Below are positions 1 through 10,850 of a stretch of 64,000 nt of DNA, piece by piece. The notes beneath the pieces are model-generated. The model was given only the letters and a program-made list of their open reading frames with translations. It did no database searches and had not been told where the DNA came from. The position numbers were made by a program, and so were the translations under genes. The stretch is from Candidatus Woesearchaeota archaeon. Lineage in GTDB: Archaea > Nanobdellota > Nanobdellia > Woesearchaeales > B72-G16. How positions within the stretch are numbered: position 1 is the stretch's first letter; each line of letters begins with the position of its first letter. The stretch lies in NCBI GenBank assembly GCA_003650545.1, contig QMQO01000002.1, positions 16,485 to 80,484 of the forward strand, given 5' to 3'.

Positions 1-1554
<1,554 letters not shown>

Positions 1555-1580
1555 TTTTCAATTTTAATTTTCAATATTAG

Positions 1581-1626
1581 ATGCAACAGACAGAGTTTTT
1601 TGTGGGGGGGCTCTGTCTGCTTGCAT
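1581..1626. terminator. Stem-loop between convergent genes, putative terminator
   Basis: ATGCAA-CAGACAGAG...CTCTGTCTG-C-TTGCAT inverted repeat between the stops at 1554 and 1646. Confidence 0.55.
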
Positions 1627-1645
1627 TATTATATTTTGGACGAAC

Positions 1646-2395
1646 CTAGATACCTAAAAATTCTTTCTCCATAAAGTGAAGCTCTCCTGGAACAATTAAG
1701 CATTGCATTCCTTGCTTAAATCTTTTCTTTAGAATCTCAGAAGCTTTGCCAGCGATGACCTGGTTGTTAGCCCCCAAGCATGAACAGCCAACAACTAATG
1801 TGTTCCTTGTGAACACATTTTCCTTTCTTTTATTTTCTATCCTCAACAAAATATCAATCGCTTCGCCAATAGTCATATAACGCTTTTTTTCTGCATGAAT
1901 GTCGAGCAGACATAATGTGTGCAACTTATTTTTCAGATTCATCTTAATAGTATCATAAGCTGATTCCGGGAAATAGCTTTGCTGTGGGAACACGATGGAG
2001 GTTGTCTTGCCGAATTTATATAATTGTAAACCTGTTATTCCAACTGCAGTAAGAATGCTCGCATTGAAGACAACATTCACCTCAACCTTTAGCTCACGGG
2101 CACGCAGAATTAAATCAATATGGGTTGTTGCTGACAAAGGATCCCCCACAATCAGCAGAGCAATGTCTTCTTTTTTTGCTCTTTGCAGCATCACCTCAGG
2201 ATTTTGCTCAACCAGAATACGGTCTGCTAACCTGATTCTCTTCTTATATAGTTTTTCTAATGTTTGTTTGCTACAGTTCAGCTTGGAGGTGTAGCTCTCG
2301 AGATAGATCTGTTTACATTTTTTAATTATGTCAAGGCCTCGCAACGTTATATCACGTTCGTCATTCAGACCAAGACCGATGATATGAAATGTCAT
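1646..2395 (-). CDS. dph5: Diphthine synthase
   Basis: IGLGL..DIT.RG, YLESYTS, GDPLSATTH, GLQLYKFGKT, LHTLCLLD and LHFME motifs. Confidence 0.95.
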   Translation of the reverse strand: MTFHIIGLGLNDERDITLRGLDIIKKCKQIYLESYTSKLNCSKQTLEKLYKKRIRLADRILVEQNPEVMLQRAKKEDIALLIVGDPLSATTHIDLILRARELKVEVNVVFNASILTAVGITGLQLYKFGKTTSIVFPQQSYFPESAYDTIKMNLKNKLHTLCLLDIHAEKKRYMTIGEAIDILLRIENKRKENVFTRNTLVVGCSCLGANNQVIAGKASEILKKRFKQGMQCLIVPGELHFMEKEFLGI

Positions 2396-2520
2396 AACCT
2401 AAAAAATAATGTGAGAATATAAAAAGATTTTGTATAATGATTAAGTCATGGTTAAGATCCTTGCTTTCTGCCATGTTTCAGTCACTCAGCCACAAGATGC
2501 AGAATTCTAAATATTAACTT

Positions 2521-2554
2521 ATTTAATTAGCACACATATTTAATTAGCACACAT
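2521..2554. repeat. 17-bp tandem duplication ATTTAATTAGCACACAT x2 in a divergent promoter region
   Basis: Exact tandem copies at 2521-2537 and 2538-2554. Confidence 0.8.
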
Positions 2555-2695
2555 AGGTTGACGTACCTTTATAATGTATAAAATGTAAAGCGCTTTCAAT
2601 CCATGTTGATTATTCATCCTGATTATTTGCAATTATTATTTAAGCAGTATTCTTGAACCAAAAACTATAATAACGATGAATAACATCTCAGACCC

Positions 2696-3478
2696 ATGAG
2701 AGTAACAATCAGTCTAAAAAAGTCAGTTGGGGATAACGCGAGTTCATATTATGAAAAAGCCAAAAAAGCAAAAAAGAAAATAGAAGGTGTTAAAAAAGCA
2801 ATAGCCATTGCAGAAAAAAAGATAGAAGAGATTAAAGCAAAAAAGATCGAAGTTGAGAGAAGAGAAAGGAAAGTCAAACGCAAGCCAAACTGGTACGAAA
2901 AATTTCGCTGGTTTGTTAGCTCAGAAGGTTTCTTGTGCATTGGTGGTAGAGATGCAACAACAAATGAGATCATAATCAAAAAGCACACAGACAAGAATGA
3001 TCTTATTTTTCACACAGATATGGCTGGTTCACCTTTCTTTGTTGTAAAAAAGGATAGTGTTAAGGATAGGGAGATTGGTTCTGCTACACTAAAAGAGGTT
3101 GCCCAAGCAACTGCTTCATATAGTCGTGCATGGAAACTAGGTATGTCCAGTATAGAAGTTTTTTATGTTAGACCAGAGCAGGTAAGCAAAAAAGCTAAAG
3201 CAGGCGAATATCTTCCTAAAGGAGCATTTATGATTCAAGGTAAAACAACTTACCTCAAGCCCATAATAGAACTAGCTGTTGGAATATGTAAAGACGGGAG
3301 CGTGATGGGCGGTCCTGTTGATGCTGTTAAAAAGAATTGTGAGAAATTTGTCGTGATTCAACAAGACACAAGGGCGAAGACAAGCGATACAGCCAAGTCT
3401 ATACAGAAAATCATAGGCGGAGAAATCGACGATATTATACGAGCGCTTCCAACTGGAGGTGCTAAGATAAAGAAATAA
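2696..3478 (+). CDS. NFACT RNA-binding domain (DUF814) protein, short archaeal Rqc2/NEMF-like
   Basis: NASSYYEKAKK, WYEKFRWF.SSEGFL..GGRDA..NE, FH.D..GSP, ASYSRAW, QVSK...GEYL.KGAFMI.G. Confidence 0.9.
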   Translation: MRVTISLKKSVGDNASSYYEKAKKAKKKIEGVKKAIAIAEKKIEEIKAKKIEVERRERKVKRKPNWYEKFRWFVSSEGFLCIGGRDATTNEIIIKKHTDKNDLIFHTDMAGSPFFVVKKDSVKDREIGSATLKEVAQATASYSRAWKLGMSSIEVFYVRPEQVSKKAKAGEYLPKGAFMIQGKTTYLKPIIELAVGICKDGSVMGGPVDAVKKNCEKFVVIQQDTRAKTSDTAKSIQKIIGGEIDDIIRALPTGGAKIKK

Positions 3479-3594
3479 ATGTGTCAACATCCATTATTCA
3501 TTCAAACTTCATTTCTTCATCATATCAAAATATTTTGAATTTGAATTTAATAAATAAAAATAGAACTGAAAATAGAAAATTAAGATGGATTTTT

Positions 3595-5670
3595 TTACCA
3601 CAAGATTGCGTCTTTAATCTTATAAATGCCAGTATTTTTATTTTCCATGATGATTTCAGCATCTTTTATAACTATCTTTTGTTTAAACATGGGACAATCA
3701 AGTACAAGGGTTTCAGCTTCACCGCCTTCCAATGCCACATTCAGACCAATCCTTTTATTAAGTTCAACTAATTTATCAACATCTTTCTGTAACATCTTTC
3801 TTCCTAGCCAAGATTTATCCAGGCCTTCTGCAGCAACAGAACTAAATATAACCTCAAAACCTTCTGTGATCAGCTGTCTCATCTCATATTCTTGATCAAT
3901 ATGCCACAGCGGAGAGAAAATTTTTAATCCAAGGGAATCAGCAATCTTCTCGATTCTGTCACGTTGGTAACTAGAATATAGTGCGCCAGTAATAACACCT
4001 TCGATCTTATACTTCTTTTTTGCATATGCAAGAGCTTTCTTCAGATCTTTAAGCTCTTCTTCTTTTTCACCTTTTGTTTTTTCAATTACGTATGGCAATT
4101 GCATTGCTCTTGCTTGCAACGCAACAAGTTGAACATTTGGCGTGTGAAACATATAGCTTTCAGGATTCTCAGAGATGATAGTGACAACACACCCAACTTT
4201 GTAGTTTTGCTTCAACATCACATACATCGCAAACAAGCTATCTTTGCCACCACTAATCAAAGCTGCAAGATTTAGATTGTGACTAGGATAGAATTGTCTA
4301 AGATACTCAGATCTTAATCCAAAGCCACGTTTCTTTGATAGCTTTTTTACAGCTTTATCTATGTTACTGCCATATTGTGCAGCATCTTTTTTTCTGCTTG
4401 CAAACTTCATAGGAATGCCTAAATCCTGAGCAACCATCCTAAGAATAATTTTATCCTGCTTCTCATCTAACTTTAGCTTTGCCGGAATTCTCAATGCGTG
4501 CTCAACAAGATACCTATCCAAAAATGGAACCCTCAATTCAAGATTATTAGCCATTGTCACAACATCGTCTCTGTAGAGATCACGTTCATACATTTTTAAT
4601 AATCCAGAGATGCATTCTTTATTAATATCTTGACTTTTCTCGTGTCGATAATAACCTGCAAAAATCTCTTCACTTCCCAAGCCTGATAAAATAACCTTAC
4701 AGCGGTCCTTCTTTGCTAGCTCACAAGCAGCATATAGTGTGAGTGCAACCTCTACTTTGACAACATTATTATCCTCAATTAATGGCACGACTTTTTTTAG
4801 ATAGCCTTCAACATTTGAAAGCTTTATTTTATTAATCTTGAGCTCAAAGCCAAGCTTTTCTGCAACTCTTTTTGCATAGACGATGTCTGGGGGTTCTCTA
4901 AAACCAGGATGGTCCACAACAGCAGTATAACATGTAAACTTTTTGCCTAACATTTTACAGATAAAAGATAAAGTAGTGCTATCTATGCCACCTGAAAAAA
5001 GAATGCCTAGTTTTTTGTTAGGTAGTCTTTTTCTAACAGCATCTATCAATAGTTTTTTTGTCTCTTCTAAGACATAACTGCTTTTCTTTTTGATAGTTGG
5101 GGTTATCTTAAAAAAATCGCGTTCAATAAACTTAATATTATTTGTTTTAATATCATAACTGACAATCTTTCTAGGATTTAATTCTTGAATATCAATGTAA
5201 CCCATTTTTTCCAGGGCTTTTTTTTCAGATGCAAATGCCAGACCTTCTCTATAGGAAAACCATAGAGGTTTAACACCAATTATGTCACGAGCTAATATTA
5301 GTTTATCTCTGAACAGATAAGCAAAAGCATAAACACCGTCAAGTTGCTCAAGAACTTCTTTAATCTGAGCAACACCTTTTTTATCAAGCAATTTTAATAA
5401 TAACTCAGCATCATTTTTAGCGTCAAGTTCTTCTCTCTCGTTTAGTTCTTTCCAGTTGTAGATTTCACAATTAGAAATAAGCAAACCTTTTCCAAGTATT
5501 GGCTGCTTTACATGCCCAACAACAGCATGTAGCAAATGACCAATAGCAGCAGTATCATTTACAGCGTCAACACATCTTGCATCCTTGCCGCGGTGTTTTA
5601 TTACAGCCATGCCTTTTCTAACTAGCTTTTCAGCATCCTGTTTATTAAAAACCCCGATTATGCCGCACAT
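3595..5670 (-). CDS. Asparagine synthetase B-like (Ntn glutaminase + synthetase) fused to diphthine--ammonia ligase (Dph6)
   Basis: N-terminal MCGI, RDIIGVKPL, SGGIDS, SGLGSEEIFAGY, ELRVPFLD. C-terminal SGGKDS, SYMFH, GAL.S.YQRDRIE, PLW, EGGEAET.V.DCP.F (Dph6). Confidence 0.9.
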   Translation of the reverse strand: MCGIIGVFNKQDAEKLVRKGMAVIKHRGKDARCVDAVNDTAAIGHLLHAVVGHVKQPILGKGLLISNCEIYNWKELNEREELDAKNDAELLLKLLDKKGVAQIKEVLEQLDGVYAFAYLFRDKLILARDIIGVKPLWFSYREGLAFASEKKALEKMGYIDIQELNPRKIVSYDIKTNNIKFIERDFFKITPTIKKKSSYVLEETKKLLIDAVRKRLPNKKLGILFSGGIDSTTLSFICKMLGKKFTCYTAVVDHPGFREPPDIVYAKRVAEKLGFELKINKIKLSNVEGYLKKVVPLIEDNNVVKVEVALTLYAACELAKKDRCKVILSGLGSEEIFAGYYRHEKSQDINKECISGLLKMYERDLYRDDVVTMANNLELRVPFLDRYLVEHALRIPAKLKLDEKQDKIILRMVAQDLGIPMKFASRKKDAAQYGSNIDKAVKKLSKKRGFGLRSEYLRQFYPSHNLNLAALISGGKDSLFAMYVMLKQNYKVGCVVTIISENPESYMFHTPNVQLVALQARAMQLPYVIEKTKGEKEEELKDLKKALAYAKKKYKIEGVITGALYSSYQRDRIEKIADSLGLKIFSPLWHIDQEYEMRQLITEGFEVIFSSVAAEGLDKSWLGRKMLQKDVDKLVELNKRIGLNVALEGGEAETLVLDCPMFKQKIVIKDAEIIMENKNTGIYKIKDAILW

Positions 5671-5733
5671 AAGATATTTATATTTCAGGAGACTTATAAA
5701 GGTTATCTATACTGGTTAATATGAGGACAGATT

Positions 5734-6561
5734 CTATAACAAATCAAAAGGACTTTTGACCTTCAACAGTGCTAAGGAAGCAGTATGCAGATAAACCTTT
5801 GTGCTTTTTAGAGTAGTATGCCCAAGAAGAGATTGTGCAGTAAGTAAGTCATAACCATTTTCAATCAAATGCGTAGCAAACGAATGTCTAAGTGTGTGCG
5901 GATGTATATTCTTCTTGATATTAGCTTTTCTTGTAGCTTTTCTGATAATTTCTTGGACAGTTCTTTGACAAATATGTGTTCTTTTATTTCCTTCAAACAA
6001 CCAATCGTCATGATTAAGTTTATTATCTTCAATGTATTTGAAAATTTCTTGTTTCAATTTATCTGCTATGATAAATGGTCTATCTTTATTTCCTTTACCA
6101 TTTCTTACCCAGCCAAGGTTTTGGTTTAATTCAATGTCTTTAACTTTTAAATGAACAAGTTCACTTAGCCTAAGACCAGCAGAATACATTAATTTTAACA
6201 TTAGTTTATGTTTAACATTACTAACAACATTAAAGATTTTTAGGATTTCATTCTTAGTGAGGACTATAGGAAGAGCTTTAGGTCTTTTTGAATATTTCAG
6301 TTTTAGATTTATTCTTTTCTTCAATACTTCAATAACCAAAAATTTGATCGCGCTAAGATAAACATTAATAGTGCTGCCTGTTGCATTTGTATCAACAAAT
6401 TTGTTCATAAACTCTTTTATAGCTTTCTTGGTCAATCTTGCTGGTTCTATCTTGCAATAATCCAAAAACCGTCTAACACAGTAAAGATATGTCTTTGTGG
6501 TTCTTGGGCTATATTTTCTGCGAAGCAGCTCTTTTTTCATTTCGTATATGGGGTCTATCAT
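5734..6561 (-). CDS. Integron-integrase-like tyrosine recombinase (short form, no IntI-specific insertion)
   Basis: YSPRT..TY N-terminal domain, RPKALPIVL, YSAGLRLSE (R), GKGNKDR (K), HTLRHSFATHL (HxxR), LGH, Y and a C-terminal KSPFD typical of IntI-like proteins. Divergent from a cassette array. Confidence 0.85.
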   Translation of the reverse strand: MIDPIYEMKKELLRRKYSPRTTKTYLYCVRRFLDYCKIEPARLTKKAIKEFMNKFVDTNATGSTINVYLSAIKFLVIEVLKKRINLKLKYSKRPKALPIVLTKNEILKIFNVVSNVKHKLMLKLMYSAGLRLSELVHLKVKDIELNQNLGWVRNGKGNKDRPFIIADKLKQEIFKYIEDNKLNHDDWLFEGNKRTHICQRTVQEIIRKATRKANIKKNIHPHTLRHSFATHLIENGYDLLTAQSLLGHTTLKSTKVYLHTASLALLKVKSPFDLL

Positions 6562-6577
6562 ATATCAATCAATGTAA

Positions 6578-6597
6578 ACTTGCTTTATATAGTTCAC
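6578..6597 (-). promoter_or_regulatory. Archaeal TATA box of the integrase gene (leaderless)
   Basis: Minus strand GAACTATATAAAGC about 23-30 nt upstream of the ATG at 6561. Confidence 0.6.
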
Positions 6598-6688
6598 GTC
6601 TAGATGTCCAGTGTCCAGTGCCAACACCTTTAAAAATATATTAAAAATATATACTTCCAGACACAGTTTATATACATTCTATAATTTA

Positions 6689-6830
6689 AGTCTATATAGA
6701 CTCGTATAGAGTTTTGCGTTTATAATTTAATGGTTTTTAGAATTTCGTATTATAATTCGTAGTCTGTATAGAATCGTGTAGAGTTTCGCTTAAGTTTTAT
6801 AATTTAATAGTTGAGTTTCGTATTATAATT
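6689..6830. repeat. Two degenerate ~70-bp direct repeats ending in TTTCGTATTATAATT
   Basis: Copies at 6689-6757 and 6761-6830. The exact 15-mer lies at 6743-6757 and 6816-6830. Confidence 0.75.
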
Positions 6831-6859
6831 TAGTTTTAAGTTTTTGAATTAACAATTGC

Positions 6860-6986
6860 TAGATATTTATTATATACTTATAGACATTTATTATAATAGA
6901 TATTTATTATATACTTGTAGATATTTATTATAATAGATATTTATTATATACTTATAGACATTTATTATAATAGATATTTATTATAG
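6860..6986. repeat. 37-bp AT-rich tandem repeat x3.4 (core TAGAYATTTATTATA x7)
   Basis: Units start at 6860, 6897, 6934 and 6971. No unique spacers. Confidence 0.9.
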
Positions 6987-7032
6987 TTTTTAATATTTCA
7001 TTGATACAGCCTTTAAAACCTATGAATCTCTC

Positions 7033-7059
7033 AAACTTCGCATATAATATGTTATGTGC
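7033..7059 (+). mobile_element. attI-like primary recombination site, crossover G|TT at 7051/7052
   Basis: AAACTTCGCATATAATAT-GTTATGTGC matches the right half of the attC-like sites (ACTTCG...ATATGTTA) but has no left arm. It is adjacent to the integrase promoter region. Confidence 0.75.
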
Positions 7060-7105
7060 AATTCGAAAACCTGCCTAGAAATTATTTCTTTTTAGGGGCG
7101 GGGCG

Positions 7106-8029
7106 TTATGAGCCTTCATTTGGAAATTGTCCCTTTGCAACTAAGTTTAAGGAAGGTATATGTGCAGGTGTTGTAAATACATAATTTATTGCTTCTCCTA
7201 CTGCTGTTGGTGGAGCTAATCTTATTCCTTTATTTCTCCAATCACATTGGTATTCGTCTGCTGCGTCTTTTACTGCTTCTTGAACAACAGGATTATCGTA
7301 CATACCAGTATCTACCCCACCCGGTCGTATTGTGGTTACAAAGATATTCTCCTTGTATAGCCCTAACATACAAGCATTTGCATACCTGTCTATTGCTCCT
7401 TTGGCTGCACAATGTGTTGCCCCATAAGAATATCCTCTTATTGCGCTCATTGAAGTAATTAATGCTATTCTTGTTTCATCTTGTTCTCTGAATGTTGGCA
7501 AAAGTTCTTGCATCATTAAATGAGTTGCTCGTAGAACAATCTGAGATTCTTTTTCTATCAGTTCAAGAGGTATCTTTTCAATTGGCAGATATGGATTGTC
7601 GTCTTTTAGTTTATAACTTCCTGCTCCTAAACCAACAGATTGTACCCAGTAGATTGGTTTATCTCTCGGTAAATGCTCAACAAATCTTTTTACTTGATCC
7701 TCATCAAGTAAATCTAATGCAGAATATTCTATTAAATGGTCGTCAACAAATTCTGCTAAACATTTTTTTATATTCTTTAATTTACCCTCAGATCTTGAGA
7801 CCATATGAACCGTGGCACTATTTAGTGCAAGGACTCCTGCTACAGCCGAACCTATGTTTAATTTCATCTCTTGTCCTTCTACTTCTATTGAATCATGGCT
7901 TGGCTCTCCTGTTGTTATGTCATAAAAGATATGTTTAAGAGGTTTGTAACCACAGCCAGTTATGATTATTCTTTTTCCTTTCAATCTTTCAGATTTAACT
8001 ATGCGTTCTAATCTACTCATTTTAACCAC
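7106..8029 (-). CDS. SDR-family oxidoreductase (atypical)
   Basis: IIITG...NIGSAVA split Gly-motif, DL.D, ITSMSA, HCAAK in place of YxxxK, IRPGGVDT. Confidence 0.8.
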   Translation of the reverse strand: MVKMSRLERIVKSERLKGKRIIITGCGYKPLKHIFYDITTGEPSHDSIEVEGQEMKLNIGSAVAGVLALNSATVHMVSRSEGKLKNIKKCLAEFVDDHLIEYSALDLLDEDQVKRFVEHLPRDKPIYWVQSVGLGAGSYKLKDDNPYLPIEKIPLELIEKESQIVLRATHLMMQELLPTFREQDETRIALITSMSAIRGYSYGATHCAAKGAIDRYANACMLGLYKENIFVTTIRPGGVDTGMYDNPVVQEAVKDAADEYQCDWRNKGIRLAPPTAVGEAINYVFTTPAHIPSLNLVAKGQFPNEGS

Positions 8030-8074
8030 TAAGAAATAGTTATAACCATAACTATAATTAACTTTACCCGATAA

Positions 8075-8740
8075 TTATCGGTATCTAAGAAAATAGTCTA
8101 TAATCTTATTTTCCGCTTTTCTTAAGTTTTCTTGGAAAGTAGAGTAAGATCTCTTAATAGTTTTGGCAAGCCTTTGCAATGTTAATTTTCTTGGATATTT
8201 ATAGTATCCTGCCTTATACGCTATTCTTAATGCTTCTAATTGTTTTTCTGTTAAAAGAGGTGTCAATTCAAGACTTGTAACACTTCTAAGTGTTTCTTTT
8301 TTAATAGAAAATAATTCTCCATGATAATATCTTGTTGCTGCTTGAATTATCTTATTTAATTCTTTGCGGTTTAAAGAAGCAATCTCCCAATATTCCCATC
8401 CATCGCTTGCTACATGAACTGGCTTTACCCTAATATATTGAGGATTATAAAATATTCTAATTTCAGCTTTTGATTCTCTTGAAAGAGGATGCTGGACATG
8501 GACAAGAATAAAATCATGGTGTTTTTCTACAGTCTTAACTCGTTTATCTTTTTTTACTTCTTGAATAAATTTTCTTTTATTTTCTTCAGAACCAGAAATA
8601 GTTCCACCAACAAGAAGATTAATTTTTTTGTTCTTAATAAAATTCGTGTAGGGAACCGCAAAAAACTCTATTCTAAATTTTTTACATAAAGGACTATAAA
8701 TATCTTCATCATCTTTTAATTTAAATTTAGCAACCCACAT
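8075..8740 (-). CDS. HTH-10 (Bat-like) archaeal transcription regulator
   Basis: C-terminal LTEKQ.EAL.IAY..GYY.YPRK.TL..LA......STFQE.LRKAE.K. Start moved to ATG 8740, downstream of the TATA box at 8761-8770. Confidence 0.85.
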   Translation of the reverse strand: MWVAKFKLKDDEDIYSPLCKKFRIEFFAVPYTNFIKNKKINLLVGGTISGSEENKRKFIQEVKKDKRVKTVEKHHDFILVHVQHPLSRESKAEIRIFYNPQYIRVKPVHVASDGWEYWEIASLNRKELNKIIQAATRYYHGELFSIKKETLRSVTSLELTPLLTEKQLEALRIAYKAGYYKYPRKLTLQRLAKTIKRSYSTFQENLRKAENKIIDYFLRYR

Positions 8741-8891
8741 AATCCGATAATTGTCGGTTAAGTATATAAATATTACGCCCCGCCCTTTATTGATCATAAA
8801 TCACTTGAAATTGGCAGGTTTTCGAACTCTGCGGGATTTCTGCCTACGGCAGAACCGTTGCACTATCCCTTGGTCTTTTCTTCGAAAAGAC

Positions 8892-8984
8892 GCACATAAC
8901 ACGGCTTATGCGGTTCACTCACCTTGCAGGTTCGTTCACCCAAATTTCCCTTCGGGAAACTTCGCATAAGCCGATATGTTAGCC
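8892..8984 (+). mobile_element. attC-like site 1 (branched)
   Basis: GCACATAAC-A-CGGCTTATGCG(8902-8912)...CCAAAT-hairpin-ACTT-CGCATAAGCCG(8963-8973)-ATAT-GTTAGCC. Confidence 0.85.
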
Positions 8985-9249
8985 AAAATTTTCTTACTGC
9001 CTAGAAGGTGCATACGCTTACGCTATTTCCGAAAATCATTCTGATAGGTGCCTTCGTTAAATCGATTAAAACAAAAACGGTTTTTCAATTGCTTCGCAAC
9101 TAAACCTAACATTGATTTAACGACTTCATTTCATTCCATCCAAATTTTTACTTACTTTATAGACGAGAGAGGGGGCTTAGTTCTTCGGACAGATAGACTT
9201 TTATTGCGTAAAAGAAGATTTTAAGGAAGAGAAAAAACTACATAAGGAT

Positions 9250-10167
9250 TTAACTCAATTGTTTTTGTATGCCCAGTTGACTAGCATTCTCAATAATAAC
9301 TTTAACTACTTGTTTTATACCACTAATGTACTTATCAAAATCTAATATTCCTTCCTTTGCGATGTCTTTTACTTTATCCCTAAAACTTTCTTCATTCAGT
9401 CCCGATTGATATAGCTCTTTATATTGTTTGTATACATAACCAATCGGTAATTTAATGTTTTTTCCAAAATCAATGATAATATTGTAAAACGTTGCAACTA
9501 TCCCAATATATGGTACTAAAACTGTTAATTTCATATCCCTAATTAATGTGCGGTAAGTTTCCTTAAAAACATCACTTAGTAATCTATTCAATATTTTGTT
9601 TCTGTTTCCTTTTCCAATTTCTCTCTCAAGTTTTGAGATATATTTATTATCTAAAGTGATGATATCTTTTTCTTTCCTTAAATAACCAAAATCAATCAAA
9701 AATTTGATATACCTTATTTGCTTCTTGTCAAAAGACTTAGATAATGAATCTGCATGATGATCTTTCCTATAAAATGCATCTAGAACTATTCTAAGCGGAG
9801 TTAAAGCCTGATGAATTCCAGGTATTCTCACGATTTGGCTGGAAAGTAATCTTATTATTATTCTCTCTCTTAATTTATGTAATTCTTTATATTTTTCTAG
9901 CGCATTATATACGATTTCCTTTGAGTCGGAATAATTCATTAAACCGCCTTTGTTATCTAGTTTAATAAGACCAACATTTCTTAATTTGATAAAATAAACA
10001 AATTCAGTGTTTAATTCTTGATCAAAAATCCTTTTTGGAACTAAGAAGTCTAGATATATTTCTATCTCGTTCTTCAATTTGGTTACATCTTTGTTTAGAC
10101 TGATGCCATTCCAATATTTCTTTACGACTATTTCTCTTGCCTTTTTTAGTATTAATTCTTGTTCCAT
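9250..10167 (-). CDS. Hypothetical protein (possible winged-helix domains)
   Basis: 305-aa ORF 1 bp downstream of the peptidase gene. No family recognised. Confidence 0.7.
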   Translation of the reverse strand: MEQELILKKAREIVVKKYWNGISLNKDVTKLKNEIEIYLDFLVPKRIFDQELNTEFVYFIKLRNVGLIKLDNKGGLMNYSDSKEIVYNALEKYKELHKLRERIIIRLLSSQIVRIPGIHQALTPLRIVLDAFYRKDHHADSLSKSFDKKQIRYIKFLIDFGYLRKEKDIITLDNKYISKLEREIGKGNRNKILNRLLSDVFKETYRTLIRDMKLTVLVPYIGIVATFYNIIIDFGKNIKLPIGYVYKQYKELYQSGLNEESFRDKVKDIAKEGILDFDKYISGIKQVVKVIIENASQLGIQKQLS

Positions 10168-10168
10168 T

Positions 10169-10849
10169 TTAAGTTAACCATTGATTTAGAGATTTTTTCT
10201 CACTTTTTTCTATAGGTTCAAACCAATAAACCCTATTTAAAAATGTACTTGCAAACCTACTTAGAACATGATGGGGAGTTTTAACTCTTATATTTTTCAA
10301 ATTCAGCACCTCTTTTTGATGATTATATACTAGATCTGGATCATAGATATAAAAATGTTCCGAATCAAAACCATGTATTACCACCGCATGAAGATAATCA
10401 GGATCCTCGCCTCTTACTTCAATTTTGTGAGGGTTAATTACTATACTATTATTAATATATTTTGGATTTATTAGTAAAATTGGGTAAACCCCACTTTCAA
10501 TCATAAATTTGAGATCATCCAACGAAAAATCAACTTTAAAACGTAAGACAATATTAGCTGTTTTTAAATTTTGATTAAGTTTCAGATGAAATTTATCTAA
10601 TTCAAACACACCATGATACATTTCTTTAAGCAAACGTAAATCTCTCCCGCTTAACTTAGCCATTCTTTTTGCGACACTGTTTGGGTTATAACCCACCCAA
10701 TTTTTTATTTTTCTATAATTAATGTGTTTTAGATTTACTCTCTTATCTTTTTTAAATTGATTTAATATAATTGTGTATAATACACAAGGTAAGCATTGTT
10801 CGTCAGTCTGTTTCCGTGGCTTACTTATTTCCAAAACTTTTTTTTCCAT
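10169..10849 (-). CDS. Papain-fold cysteine peptidase, C39-like
   Basis: Q....C (RKQTDEQC), HAVVIHGFD and YIYDP catalytic-triad motifs. Confidence 0.7.
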   Translation of the reverse strand: MEKKVLEISKPRKQTDEQCLPCVLYTIILNQFKKDKRVNLKHINYRKIKNWVGYNPNSVAKRMAKLSGRDLRLLKEMYHGVFELDKFHLKLNQNLKTANIVLRFKVDFSLDDLKFMIESGVYPILLINPKYINNSIVINPHKIEVRGEDPDYLHAVVIHGFDSEHFYIYDPDLVYNHQKEVLNLKNIRVKTPHHVLSRFASTFLNRVYWFEPIEKSEKKSLNQWLT

Positions 10850-10850
10850 C

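Larger units (their letters stand above)
7052..8978. mobile_element. Gene cassette 1 (SDR oxidoreductase + HTH regulator)
   Basis: Begins GTTATGTGC and ends with the complementary GCACATAAC plus an attC-like site. Confidence 0.8.

Noticed and set aside
5734-6561. Housekeeping XerA or the provirus's own integrase
   Set aside because: IntI-like N- and C-terminal motifs, direct linkage to attI and cassettes, and 13 kb distance from the viral genes. Use in trans by the virus is not excluded.
6860-6986. CRISPR array
   Set aside because: Contiguous tandem units without unique spacers, and no cas genes in the window.
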